IMG/VR virus record: IMGVR_UViG_3300005512_000325
Location: 1-24,182 of that record
From: a virus
Taxonomy: Duplodnaviria > Caudoviricetes
Length of the DNA stretch: 24,182 nucleotides
Direction: 5' to 3' (one strand)
Under the pieces are notes generated by a model. That model ran no database searches and was not told where the DNA came from. It was given only the letters and a program-made list of their open reading frames with translations. The position numbers and the translations under genes are program-made. Each line of letters opens with the position of its first letter. The stretch's first letter is position 1. Of this stretch, positions 15,351 through 24,182 are shown one piece after another.

Positions 15351-15580
15351 TAGCCCATGATTCCTACAGCAGTAATGAGAAGGCCGATAACTGTAAGGGC
15401 AAACGTGCCGCCGTACATTAGTAGATTTTCGATACGCTTAAATCCAGACTCAGCTTTGGTTTCCAGCTTATCAAAACGATCATGGTGATCATCAAGCGTC
15501 TTCTGGATGTTTGTGTATCTAACAAGGCACTCTTTTTCGTGTGCCTCTAGTTTAATCAATGCCTCTTGACCAACGTCCAT
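15350..15580 (-). CDS. Small coiled-coil protein with C-terminal TM (holin/XhlA-like)
   Basis: LEAHEKECLVRY coiled coil followed by a hydrophobic C-terminal helix; in the lysis cluster. Confidence 0.6.
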   Translation of the reverse strand: MDVGQEALIKLEAHEKECLVRYTNIQKTLDDHHDRFDKLETKAESGFKRIENLLMYGGTFALTVIGLLITAVGIMG

Positions 15581-15584
15581 AGCC

Positions 15585-16118
15585 TCACCTACTAAATGGT
15601 AGCGAGTCGAGAGCCGTCCAAAGGTTCTCGATCTCTGTGTCCACGCGCTTGAGAACGCGCTCCGTCTTCTCTAATGACTGCACTCGGTTGTTTACCGTCA
15701 GCACAGCCTCCGAATTAGACTTCTCTACAGCCGCAATACGATCGCGCAAATCTAACAGATCTTGCTGTGCTTTCATTATAGCTTCTAAATTAGTTCCAAG
15801 CTCGGCCAATTTGCCTTGCAACTCTGATATGTTGTTATCAGCTAGCTGCTGTTCCATGTTGGAGATAGCCACTTGATAGCCCTGTAAGCGCTCAGATTGC
15901 GCCTCACGCAAATCATCGAACCGACCCTGTACAACTGCCGTCTCAGCAGTGGCGCTTGTCACAGAGCTTTCTAGAGCTTCTAATCGCGCAAAGAACTCCG
16001 CGCTTGCATAGATTCCGCCGCCGATAGTTGATGCAAATGTAAATACTATGGCAATCCAAACGCCCTTAATCTGCGTCCCGCCAACATTTACCTCTAAATC
16101 TTCAAGGGCCATAGACAC
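15585..16118 (-). CDS. Membrane-anchored coiled-coil protein (inner-spanin-like topology)
   Basis: TM segment GVWIAIVFTFASTIGGGIYAS followed by about 130 aa of heptad-rich helix. Confidence 0.65.
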   Translation of the reverse strand: MSMALEDLEVNVGGTQIKGVWIAIVFTFASTIGGGIYASAEFFARLEALESSVTSATAETAVVQGRFDDLREAQSERLQGYQVAISNMEQQLADNNISELQGKLAELGTNLEAIMKAQQDLLDLRDRIAAVEKSNSEAVLTVNNRVQSLEKTERVLKRVDTEIENLWTALDSLPFSR

Positions 16119-16962
16119 CTAACTCCGTTAAACAAGCCTCACGGTCCTGCGCAAACCAGCAGCCACCTTCGGGTGATGTGTAATAAAATTCCGATTGCGC
16201 GCCTACGGACATGATCTCAGCGTCTTGCATAAAGTAAGAATTCACGTCGAGCATTACGCTCATGTTGTACGACACAAAGTCTACGCTAACTGTGCCGGCT
16301 ACATTGTCAAAGAATGCGTCGCCGGCCTCGCTATAGCTTGCCGTGTATTGTGCTGCGGCGTCGTTCGCCTCTGCTATTAAGTTTGCGTCGTTAGCCACTG
16401 CAAAAAAGCTAGCAGCCTGTTGAGCGACGGCTACTACGTCATCCATTGACTGGTTATACGTCTCGACCTCTTCATCGGTTAAGACGACGGCTTCTTGGTT
16501 GTCATTGATGTAATTCTGAACTTCGAGTGCGCCAGAGTCGTCTGGGCTATCTTGATTTTGTTCTGCAAGATCGGAGAGGGTTGCAACCTCGATTAAAGCT
16601 GTAGCCGCATCGACATAGTTATCTACTGCCTGACCAAGCTGGTCCATCTGAGTTTCAGCTTGTTGATCGAAAAACTCCTGCGCGCCCATGTTAGTAAACG
16701 AGCCGTCCTGCATTGCCTTTATAGCTGAGTTATAAGCGAGTTGTTTTTGCGAGGTGATATAGGCGTCTTTATTAGCAAGGATATTGTTGCCAGGTATGCC
16801 GCCGGTAGAGGCTGACTCCATCATGCCGCCGACTGCAATAATACCGTTAGAGAAGGTTCGGCGTAGCGCTTTGCTTGAATCGACGAGCTGGTCTAGCTCA
16901 CTCGATTTCGCTTGCACGGAAGCGATCAGACAAACTGCCAGTATCCATCTCTTCGACATCAA
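16102..16962 (-). CDS. Exported acidic helical protein (286 aa)
   Basis: Signal peptide MSKRWILAVCLIASVQA; A/Q/D-rich helices; C-terminal Cys pair. Confidence 0.7.
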   Translation of the reverse strand: MMSKRWILAVCLIASVQAKSSELDQLVDSSKALRRTFSNGIIAVGGMMESASTGGIPGNNILANKDAYITSQKQLAYNSAIKAMQDGSFTNMGAQEFFDQQAETQMDQLGQAVDNYVDAATALIEVATLSDLAEQNQDSPDDSGALEVQNYINDNQEAVVLTDEEVETYNQSMDDVVAVAQQAASFFAVANDANLIAEANDAAAQYTASYSEAGDAFFDNVAGTVSVDFVSYNMSVMLDVNSYFMQDAEIMSVGAQSEFYYTSPEGGCWFAQDREACLTELGVYGP

Positions 16963-17536
16963 CCTCTTCCCCTACACCCAGAATGGCATCGTAATACGCC
17001 TTGTTTTCTGCATACATCGGGATATGTAGCTCTGGATTTTCTTTCAGCTTCAAATAACTCCGACGTCCCACTACAATTTTACCACGTTCTACTAATGGAC
17101 ATGGACTTCCAGATACCATCATGGCCTTATAAACATCTGGGTCTTGGCACATTAAACTTACCGCACTAATCTTTAGCCCTAGCTGGCTTAAAACCAAGGC
17201 ATTTGCCCTGCGGTTACAAAACGGATCTTGCTGATATGTGCCACGAGACACCCCAAAGCTAAAGCCCTGTACGCCGTTAGATGTGCTTTTTAAGCATGAC
17301 TGAACACCGGAGCTTATAAGCGTTGGAGCCACGGCCGTATTGGTCGGCATCGATTTAGGTGCGTTGCCGTTGTACGTTGTGGTGGAGTTGTTGTTGTTAG
17401 AGTTCTGCTGCGAGAGATCGCCTTCCAAATTATTGCCAGGAGGGTCAATTCGGTTATCTGGTATCTCAGGGCTGTCGCGTACTTCTTGTGCGCCTACGGG
17501 CAATGCTAATAGCAAAAGCAGTAGGCAGGCTCGCAT
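16898..17536 (-). CDS. Exported Cys-containing protein (212 aa)
   Basis: Signal peptide MRACLLLLLLALPVGA; N/S/T-rich linker; four Cys in the mature part (SC, FC, MCQD, SPCP). Confidence 0.75.
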   Translation of the reverse strand: MRACLLLLLLALPVGAQEVRDSPEIPDNRIDPPGNNLEGDLSQQNSNNNNSTTTYNGNAPKSMPTNTAVAPTLISSGVQSCLKSTSNGVQGFSFGVSRGTYQQDPFCNRRANALVLSQLGLKISAVSLMCQDPDVYKAMMVSGSPCPLVERGKIVVGRRSYLKLKENPELHIPMYAENKAYYDAILGVGEEVDVEEMDTGSLSDRFRASEIE

Positions 17537-17823
17537 TAGACCTTTCCTTCAACAATCCGCAGCTTCTTAAAATCGGGGTCATTCAGCTTACGCATGATTA
17601 GCTTGCGCCGGCCTTCGTAGTCGTCCCAAGACACGTTCTCTTCTTTCATCCATTGCGCTAACAAGTGCATGGGAATTGATCCGACACACCACGACTCTGG
17701 CAGCTTGCCAGCACCCATAGAGCGTAGCATCTGTGTGCGCTCAAGATATGGAGTGTTGTCGTATTGTTTTTCGACAGTAAACGTGCCGTCATTGTTGTTG
17801 TGGAATGTTTCTTTAGTCTTCAC
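17536..17823 (-). CDS. Conserved phage protein downstream of the capsid gene
   Basis: 95 aa; VGSIP...W....G/V...KLNDPDF..LR...G motif seen in phage head modules. Confidence 0.7.
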   Translation of the reverse strand: MKTKETFHNNNDGTFTVEKQYDNTPYLERTQMLRSMGAGKLPESWCVGSIPMHLLAQWMKEENVSWDDYEGRRKLIMRKLNDPDFKKLRIVEGKV

Positions 17824-17992
17824 TTATCTGCACCTTCTTTTTCCGTGGCGCTCGCTTTGGTTTTGGCGGCTCTGGCATAAGCTCTAAATTTGTTCCGTGT
17901 GGAGCAGCTTGCTCCGCAGTTAGATCAACCATATCGCCTCGAACGTAGCGCTTGCCATCAATAAACCACGTCCCGGTTACTACTTTATACAT
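17813..17992 (-). CDS. Small protein with Pro/Lys-rich tail (59 aa)
   Basis: Not in the ORF track: MYKVVTGTWFIDGKRYVRGDMVDLTAEQAAPHGTNLELMPEPPKPKRAPRKKKVQISED; AAGGA Shine-Dalgarno. Confidence 0.7.
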   Translation of the reverse strand: MYKVVTGTWFIDGKRYVRGDMVDLTAEQAAPHGTNLELMPEPPKPKRAPRKKKVQISED

Positions 17993-18003
17993 AGTGCATC
18001 CTT

Positions 18004-18026
18004 AAAAAAAGGGGGCCGAAGCCCCC
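18004..18026 (-). terminator. Rho-independent terminator after the major capsid gene
   Basis: GGGGGC-TTCG-GCCCCC-TTTTTTT on the minus strand. Confidence 0.9.
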
Positions 18027-18036
18027 AGCCACTCAA

Positions 18037-18993
18037 TTAAGAAGTAGTGTTGTCGGCAATAATACCTGAAGCCTTCTCGTTCTTACAAATGAGAGTAAGC
18101 TCAGTTGTTACCTGACGTGTAGTTGAGTCACCAGTCTTCGCAAGAGCGATGTTCTTAGTTGGACGCAATACACCGACAGCCCACATATCAGACTGCATGA
18201 TGAATACGTCACGCGAACGGTTCTCACGAGAAGGAACGAACTCTACTGTACCCCAAGGAGTAACGTAGACATCCATGTGCTTGATGACACGCTCGTCTTC
18301 TGCCTTAACGGTAGAACGCTGGTTGTTGTTACCAGCAAAGCCGAGGGCTACGTTCATCTGGAAAGCTGACAAGTAACAAACGTCAGGGTTTCCGCCCTGC
18401 TCCCAGATAGACTGCATGACATCGTCAAACTTAGCCTGTGAGAAAGCAGTTGGAGTTCCGTCATCTGTACGTGCGTCAGTTCCGTCACCAGTTGGGTTTG
18501 CACCAGAGTTACCTGATTGGAAGTTCACGTTAGTGATCATCCACGCAGGCGCACCAGCAAGCTCACGAGCGGTAGTACTGTTACCAGCAGCGCGCGCGTT
18601 GTTATCGAAAAGAGCCTTCTCGATGTCGAGCTTCTGCTCTTTTGCAGTCTTGAGCATTTGGTACGCTACTTCTGCTGCACGACCTGCCTTCTTCAGGCCT
18701 TCGTCTGTGTCAGGAATGTTTACTGCGTTCTTGAAGATCTGCGTGTAGTTGCCAAGACGTGAAGTCGCAGTACGCGCAGTTGCAGTAGTTGCATCGCCTT
18801 CAATGTGAGCGTTAGCTGCTGAAGAACGAAGTGCATCTGTCTGCCACTCGTGAAGTGTGTTAGCTGCTTTTAATTTTGCACAAGCAGTGTAAAAAGGAGT
18901 CTCTTCTGGAGACACGTCATAGATGACGTCCTCAAGATCTTCCCGGATACCGACAGCATCATAGCTGTCGAATGAGTTAGTTGGCTGTGCCAT
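18037..18993 (-). CDS. Major capsid protein (DUF5309/SU10-like)
   Basis: REDL.D.IY.VSPEETPF, HEWQTD.L, NYTQIF.., LAKTGDS motifs; follows the scaffold gene and is followed by a strong terminator. Confidence 0.9.
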   Translation of the reverse strand: MAQPTNSFDSYDAVGIREDLEDVIYDVSPEETPFYTACAKLKAANTLHEWQTDALRSSAANAHIEGDATTATARTATSRLGNYTQIFKNAVNIPDTDEGLKKAGRAAEVAYQMLKTAKEQKLDIEKALFDNNARAAGNSTTARELAGAPAWMITNVNFQSGNSGANPTGDGTDARTDDGTPTAFSQAKFDDVMQSIWEQGGNPDVCYLSAFQMNVALGFAGNNNQRSTVKAEDERVIKHMDVYVTPWGTVEFVPSRENRSRDVFIMQSDMWAVGVLRPTKNIALAKTGDSTTRQVTTELTLICKNEKASGIIADNTTS

Positions 18994-18998
18994 GATAA

Positions 18999-19952
18999 TT
19001 ACCTCTCATTAAGAATTAAGCTCATTGCATCGTTGATGCTTCCTGAGCGTTTAAGTTTAGATCGAGCCTGCCTGCTCTGATTGCGATTAGACGACGTCTT
19101 TTTCGATCCAGCTTTCACAACGCTTGAGGGCTTAGGCTTAGCCTTTTCGACGGCCTTCTGTTTCCCTTTCATGATCTCTTGATACTTGATGGCGTCGTTC
19201 AATACACGTATTGCCCGGTGATCCATCACAGCTCCGATCTCTTCTGGCTGATAGCCATAGACTTCTGTACCTATGCGTAGCATAGAGTCTCTTGTCTTGG
19301 TTGCTTTCTCTGGGTCGGAGAACTCAGGCATAACCTGTCGTAACGTCTCCATTTCGCGTTCTAGGTAGGCTTGTTGCGCTTGCTGTTGAGCTTGTTGCTG
19401 GTAAGCAAGCGTTTGCTGCATTTGCGTCATATCTTGTTGATATTTCTGCATTTGTTTATCGTAACGAGCTTTGTCTTGAGTGTATCCAATAGGATCAGAT
19501 TCAAGCATGGCCTCGTCGGGTTCCACTGGCGGCTGTGCAAAGCCGGGCTGTTGCATCTGCTGATACAACGAGAGTACGGCCTCACCAGCTTGAGCCAGTG
19601 TCGCATTAGCGGTTTCAGCTTTCTTGCGCAGGTCAGCGACTTCCTGCATACCCTTCTGAATGTACTGTTGACCACTGTAACCACGCTGTAGCTCATCGAG
19701 CGTAACCTCTGTTTCCGTGCCGTCTATCTTGACGGTGTAAGTTTGAGGCTGCTCTTCTTCGGCTACTTCGTATTCATCTTCGTCAACGTCAGGTTCGGGT
19801 TGCTCCTCTGCCTCGTTTTCTGAGTCCTCTTCGGGTTCCTCAATTTCTGCGACTTCGGGCGCTTCTTCCTGCTCTGGCTCCTCGTTTTGTACGAGAAGGT
19901 CTACTGCTGATTCGATGGAACCATCGAACTTTACTTCATCAGTCGTTTCCAC
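18999..19952 (-). CDS. Capsid scaffolding protein
   Basis: Acidic N-terminus, YTVKIDG.E.EVTLDEL..GYS..Y motif, Q-rich coiled coil, basic C-terminus; lies between portal and capsid genes. Confidence 0.85.
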   Translation of the reverse strand: METTDEVKFDGSIESAVDLLVQNEEPEQEEAPEVAEIEEPEEDSENEAEEQPEPDVDEDEYEVAEEEQPQTYTVKIDGTETEVTLDELQRGYSGQQYIQKGMQEVADLRKKAETANATLAQAGEAVLSLYQQMQQPGFAQPPVEPDEAMLESDPIGYTQDKARYDKQMQKYQQDMTQMQQTLAYQQQAQQQAQQAYLEREMETLRQVMPEFSDPEKATKTRDSMLRIGTEVYGYQPEEIGAVMDHRAIRVLNDAIKYQEIMKGKQKAVEKAKPKPSSVVKAGSKKTSSNRNQSRQARSKLKRSGSINDAMSLILNER

Positions 19953-20191
19953 GGTACTGATCTCCTTTGTTGTTTATCGAAGATAGCTTCATCCGTGAGG
20001 ATGACTGCCATGCGATCTTCAATCTTCGCTAATGCCCTTACAATTTGATGGGCGTCCTCCCGGTCTTCCGAAGAAGAGTGCGGGTTTAGGAAAACATTGG
20101 CCGTGTCTTCTCTAATCTCGTTTAACAGCATATTGAACGATTCATCGTTCTTGAGGCGCTTAACGTGCGCCGCACGATCTTTAATGTTCAA
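19931..20191 (-). CDS. Small head-module protein
   Basis: 86 aa helical ORF between the portal and scaffold genes. Confidence 0.65.
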   Translation of the reverse strand: MNIKDRAAHVKRLKNDESFNMLLNEIREDTANVFLNPHSSSEDREDAHQIVRALAKIEDRMAVILTDEAIFDKQQRRSVPWKRLMK

Positions 20192-20192
20192 G

Positions 20193-22289
20193 TTACATAC
20201 CCATAGGAGTTCTAGGTGCGTTCTGTAGCTGTTTAATGCGTTCTACATCTACGGCTGTGCCGTACTTTCCAATAATATCTGCCGCAGCAATCAATAGGTC
20301 TTGATCCATCTCGTCTCGCTTCAGATCGTCATCGGCCATTGCCTTCTGAGCATCCAGCATCATTTTTTGCTGGTCGAGCTGAGACTTAGCCATAATCTTC
20401 ATTTGGTCTGACTGCATCTTGACCTGAGCCTTCATTTGCTCAGCTTGCATATATGCGGCGTTAGGGTCGCTGCCTTGCTGCTGTCCCTGTTGCTGCTGTT
20501 GCATCATCATCTGCTGCTCCATAGCCGGGTCGATAGGCATAAAGTAGCGCTCCGAGTTGCGGACACCATTGACCGCCAATATGTCTGAAAGCGTATTGCG
20601 GATGTTAGACAATGAGACCATGCCGTTACCCGGTCCGTACGACTGGAATATCTGAATCTGCATCTGTAGTGCCTGGTTCAACACAGAAACCTTTTGGTCT
20701 TCTCGGCCTGTGCCTAAACCGACGTTAATAGACACGTCCATTCCTACATTCCACGACCGTGGATCGACCGGCACATAGCTTTGGCCTTGCAAGCGCATCA
20801 TCTGCTCTTCATCGACATTCTCGACCATAGACTTGAGCATGAGCTTGAACATCTGGCGCATACCGCCTTCTGCTAGGTTGCGAGCCATAACCTCTATCTG
20901 AGCCGCTTGAGCTTGCATAGTGGCCGCGACAGCAGTAGCGGTTGTGCTTTGCAGGGCATCAGGTGACAAGCCAGTAGACGCCTTTGTTACGCCGGTCTTA
21001 TCTTCTACCTGCTGATCGAAATACTGTAAGGCAGAAAGGGTCTGGCCTGCGACGAATGGGACGGCCTGTGGCTGAATGGCACCTGCCTGCTTGACCCGGA
21101 TGATGCCGCCGATCTCGTTGTTTAGTAGGTCGTCTACATTGACCGCGCCATCGATAATTTCAACGCGAGGGTTGTTAGTCAGTGCGACGTTATCTAGCAC
21201 CCCACGAAGCATTGCTGTCGCAGCATCTTGATCGTTCAAGATAAGGTCAGCGATTGACCGGCCATAAAATGTATGTGGCTCAGGGTCCACCTCAAACACT
21301 GCAAACGGAATGTGTCCGCATGGCTCATAATCCAATAGCTTATATTGGTTACCGCCGAGTGTTACCTTGTGTAACTGTGCTACCCCAGTGCCATTTACGT
21401 CGATCTTTATGTAGGCCTCTGTGACCGCCACAAGGCGCATTGAGGGGTCTTGTACGTCCTCGTCAGAGTAATCTTCTTCATACCCTCTACGTTGGTACTC
21501 CTCTACCTCAGAGAACGTATCAGAGTGCTGTAAGCCGCTTAGATCGTAGACCTCTTCGTAGTCATAACCCATAGCCACCAAATCACTAACGCGCATTTCT
21601 GTGCGATGAGCAACACAATAATAGTCATCAATCGAGCGTGAGTTACGATCAATAAAAAACTCTTCTGGAGGCAGGCTTTCAATACACATCTTGCCGCGCT
21701 CAACTGTGCGGGCAATCTTGAGGTCATGACGAGGCGATTCAATTTCCATGCCCATCTCGTCCATTTCCATGACCATCTTGGTTGTATGCTCCAAGACTTC
21801 CACGTCATCTTCATTGACGAGTACAGAAAACTCCATGTCATTAAGGTCTTGGAACTTAAATACTTCTTGGTCTTGGTACATATCCCAATAAACCTTGACC
21901 ACTCCGACCTTCTTAACAAGCGCGTCGTGTATTGCATCGTTAAGCACCCTATAGCCGTTTAGCTCATTGAACTGATAGTGCATATACTTTGTGGCTTGCT
22001 CTGCCATCGCAACGTCTTCCTGGTTGCGGGGAACAAATTCCACAGGCTTGTCAGTCGATAGGAACACACGCATGAGAGAAGGCTTAATAGCCCGTACGGT
22101 ATCACGTACCTTTGTAGACACGACCTTAGATCGACCCTCTTCTTCGCCGATGTCAGTCTCGCCATCAAAGTAACGCTGGGCCTTAATCCGATCTTCAGCA
22201 ATCTCGGATTCACAGAAATCGACAGCATCCTGCACAGCCTCGCGTGCGATACCCTCGATGTCCTGCTCTGTCATTGGTTTTAATTCCAT
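20193..22289 (-). CDS. Portal protein (P22-like, with C-terminal helical barrel)
   Basis: 698 aa; GRSKVVS..VRD, DAL..K.G.VKVYW, PPEEF, PH.FYGRS, TGV motifs; Q/M-rich C-terminal helix. Confidence 0.9.
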   Translation of the reverse strand: MELKPMTEQDIEGIAREAVQDAVDFCESEIAEDRIKAQRYFDGETDIGEEEGRSKVVSTKVRDTVRAIKPSLMRVFLSTDKPVEFVPRNQEDVAMAEQATKYMHYQFNELNGYRVLNDAIHDALVKKVGVVKVYWDMYQDQEVFKFQDLNDMEFSVLVNEDDVEVLEHTTKMVMEMDEMGMEIESPRHDLKIARTVERGKMCIESLPPEEFFIDRNSRSIDDYYCVAHRTEMRVSDLVAMGYDYEEVYDLSGLQHSDTFSEVEEYQRRGYEEDYSDEDVQDPSMRLVAVTEAYIKIDVNGTGVAQLHKVTLGGNQYKLLDYEPCGHIPFAVFEVDPEPHTFYGRSIADLILNDQDAATAMLRGVLDNVALTNNPRVEIIDGAVNVDDLLNNEIGGIIRVKQAGAIQPQAVPFVAGQTLSALQYFDQQVEDKTGVTKASTGLSPDALQSTTATAVAATMQAQAAQIEVMARNLAEGGMRQMFKLMLKSMVENVDEEQMMRLQGQSYVPVDPRSWNVGMDVSINVGLGTGREDQKVSVLNQALQMQIQIFQSYGPGNGMVSLSNIRNTLSDILAVNGVRNSERYFMPIDPAMEQQMMMQQQQQGQQQGSDPNAAYMQAEQMKAQVKMQSDQMKIMAKSQLDQQKMMLDAQKAMADDDLKRDEMDQDLLIAAADIIGKYGTAVDVERIKQLQNAPRTPMGM

Positions 22290-23671
22290 TATTGCTCTTC
22301 CTGTCCTTCCGCGATGCGTTGCGCTGTTGGCCCAGTTTGTGATGCAAGCTGACCCACTAGAGTGCGTTGTTGCTCAGCAGTTAAGTCCCTAGAGTTATAT
22401 ATAATCCTTGCTATTCTTTCTTTGTTTTGAGGAGTCATTAATAACGCACCGCCGGCCAAAATTGCGCCGCCAATTTGCTGGAATAAATCTCCGCCAGCCG
22501 TTGCGCCAAAACCACCTGTCGCGGCTATTGTTTGCCGCAATCCAATTGTTTGATTTTGCCCTAATCTATTTACAGCCCGCTCTAACGCTTCTTGCGCAGT
22601 TAGCAACTTAGAAATATCCATGCCTGTTTCGCCGTAACCTTCTATGGTTTCTCGTAGAGCGCCACGCGCACCAGACGCTGCTTCCTCTGTTATTCTGGTT
22701 TGCAACGGAGGCGTAGTACCACCTATGCGGTCATAGTTAAGCCTGTTATCTAAATTTTGACGTAACTTTCTTACTTCAGTTGGCGTGAGGTTTTGCAAGT
22801 CTCCGACCTCATCCGCCCATGACCCTAAATAATCCTCAATAGCCTTTACGTCTGCCGCAGCGGTAGGGTTTGTTCTTGGGTTCCCTAAATCATTTCGCAG
22901 CTCTCTTATTGGGGTAGCGATATCATACAGGGTGATGGTTTTTCCTTCCCTTTCGGCCATCTCTATCAGCCGATCAAGGTCTGCCGTCCTATTGCTTATG
23001 ATTTTATTTAGCTGTGTTAAGCCTTCTGGCGTTGTTGGTATACCTTCCTCCAGTAAAGTCCCGATGACTTGCTGGCGCGTTTCTTGCTGTCCCATTCTAG
23101 ATCTTGGGCTAGTACCCATTTTTAAATTAGTTTCGTAAGTTGACTCAGGAAAGCTACGCACAGCAGGCACAAGAGCAGACGCGCCTAATGCCAGAGATGT
23201 TGTTGCCGCAAGCGGGTCGGCAGATTCTAAAGCGCCACCAGTTCTTCGTAGCGCTTCAGCAACACTTTGGCCTCTGCCGGTTTTTTTAGCTGCTATTTTT
23301 GCTAAGTTTGAAGCAACCTTAACTGGTGCGCCAACCAGAGAAACGTCGGACATAAAACCAACTGGGTCATCATACGCGGTTTGCATCGCTTTTCTTACGC
23401 TTCCATAACGTCTGCCATAATAACCGCCTAATGCTTGTAGCCCATCGCCAGTAAACATTTCCTTAATGCCCTGAGCAACTAACAGTGGATCAGTAAAAAC
23501 CGTCGCAAGATCACTTGCGTACTGTTGCGCAGACGGAGCTATATTTGCCATTGCACCGCCAGCCGTGTATTCGCGATCTGCAATTCCAGAAGCTCTTTGT
23601 GGCAAGTTTTGGCGCGCAAAATTTGCTCGAGCTTTTGCTTCTATTTCACGCTGTCTTTGCGTTTTAGCCAT
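22289..23671 (-). CDS. Putative internal virion / DNA-ejection protein
   Basis: About 460 aa, A/G-rich and helical, with glycine-rich hydrophobic patches; upstream of the portal gene. Confidence 0.55.
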   Translation of the reverse strand: MAKTQRQREIEAKARANFARQNLPQRASGIADREYTAGGAMANIAPSAQQYASDLATVFTDPLLVAQGIKEMFTGDGLQALGGYYGRRYGSVRKAMQTAYDDPVGFMSDVSLVGAPVKVASNLAKIAAKKTGRGQSVAEALRRTGGALESADPLAATTSLALGASALVPAVRSFPESTYETNLKMGTSPRSRMGQQETRQQVIGTLLEEGIPTTPEGLTQLNKIISNRTADLDRLIEMAEREGKTITLYDIATPIRELRNDLGNPRTNPTAAADVKAIEDYLGSWADEVGDLQNLTPTEVRKLRQNLDNRLNYDRIGGTTPPLQTRITEEAASGARGALRETIEGYGETGMDISKLLTAQEALERAVNRLGQNQTIGLRQTIAATGGFGATAGGDLFQQIGGAILAGGALLMTPQNKERIARIIYNSRDLTAEQQRTLVGQLASQTGPTAQRIAEGQEEQ

Positions 23672-24182
23672 TATCATTATCCTCTAGGTAGGCTTTCCGA
23701 TCCTCTGGCGTCAGAGCAGCCCATGATTCAGCGCCCTCCGTCCAATTTGGCGGAGGTGACAACAGGTCTGGCGTGCTTGTGCTTTCTCCGACCTTAAATA
23801 CTTCACCTAAAAAACCAAAGTTAGGCAATGTCGCAGACGGCGACACCTTCAGTGATTCATCTTGATAATACGATCGCAGGCGTCCGTGCATTTCTTCTGC
23901 GCCGCTATATAACATTCCCGCTCTTTCTAAAAAGTCATTTCTTTGGTCTGGCAACAAAAGTTGTCCTGTCTCAAGTCTTTGCATTGCTTGAGCGACAATT
24001 GCTGGTATGGGAGTGCCTTGTCCTTCTGCTCTTATCAAAGCGGCTCGTGCGCCTGCTGCTGTAGCGAATTCACTTTCACGAACCACTGAGCCAGGATCAA
24101 GAACTTTCATAAAGTTAAAAATCAAAGACAAGTCACCAGCGGCGAAGAAGGGCACGAATCGCATAACTAAGGCAGAAATGAT
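23664..24182 (-). CDS. Putative internal virion / ejection protein, 5' end probably outside the window
   Basis: Frame is open to the right edge; AAGDLSLIFNFMKVLDPGSVVRESEFATA motif. Confidence 0.55.
   Translation of the reverse strand: MISALVMRFVPFFAAGDLSLIFNFMKVLDPGSVVRESEFATAAGARAALIRAEGQGTPIPAIVAQAMQRLETGQLLLPDQRNDFLERAGMLYSGAEEMHGRLRSYYQDESLKVSPSATLPNFGFLGEVFKVGESTSTPDLLSPPPNWTEGAESWAALTPEDRKAYLEDNDNG

Noticed and set aside
19370-20520. CAG/CAA-rich low-complexity tracts
   Set aside because: They encode Gln-rich coiled coils of the scaffold and portal proteins and are not independent repeats.
122-24064. All + strand ORFs in the track
   Set aside because: They are antisense shadows of well-supported minus-strand genes, with no recognisable motifs or operon structure. 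12146-12394 also runs through a + strand terminator.
24140-24182. Atypical hydrophobic residues (IISALVMRFVPFF) at the right edge
   Set aside because: Too short to interpret; it may be a contig-end artefact, so no frameshift or start is claimed.

Overview
The window is about 24 kb of a tailed dsDNA bacteriophage. It looks podovirus-like (large P22-type portal, no tape-measure gene seen) and resembles uncultured marine proteobacterial phages; that resemblance is my inference. Every credible gene is on the minus strand. In transcription order (right to left) the window holds: internal virion/ejection proteins, portal, scaffold, major capsid, a three-gene exported-protein cassette, holin-like genes and an M15 peptidase endolysin; then an early promoter, recombination and regulatory genes (SSAP, SSB-like, Cro-like HTH, HTH), a 350-nt highly structured non-coding region, a short replication-initiator-like domain, NinB, a metallophosphoesterase and NinG; then a second promoter, a sigma70-region-4 HTH, small genes, TerS and TerL; then accessory GLL-rich proteins, four tiny basic peptides, an adaptor, fibre genes and a tail fibre that runs off the left edge. 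The strongest novelty candidate is 11945-12297. It holds a predicted multi-pseudoknot sense RNA and an antisense small RNA with its own terminator, directly upstream of an initiator-like gene that lacks a DNA-binding N-terminus. Product calls come from motifs and gene context only; no searches were run.
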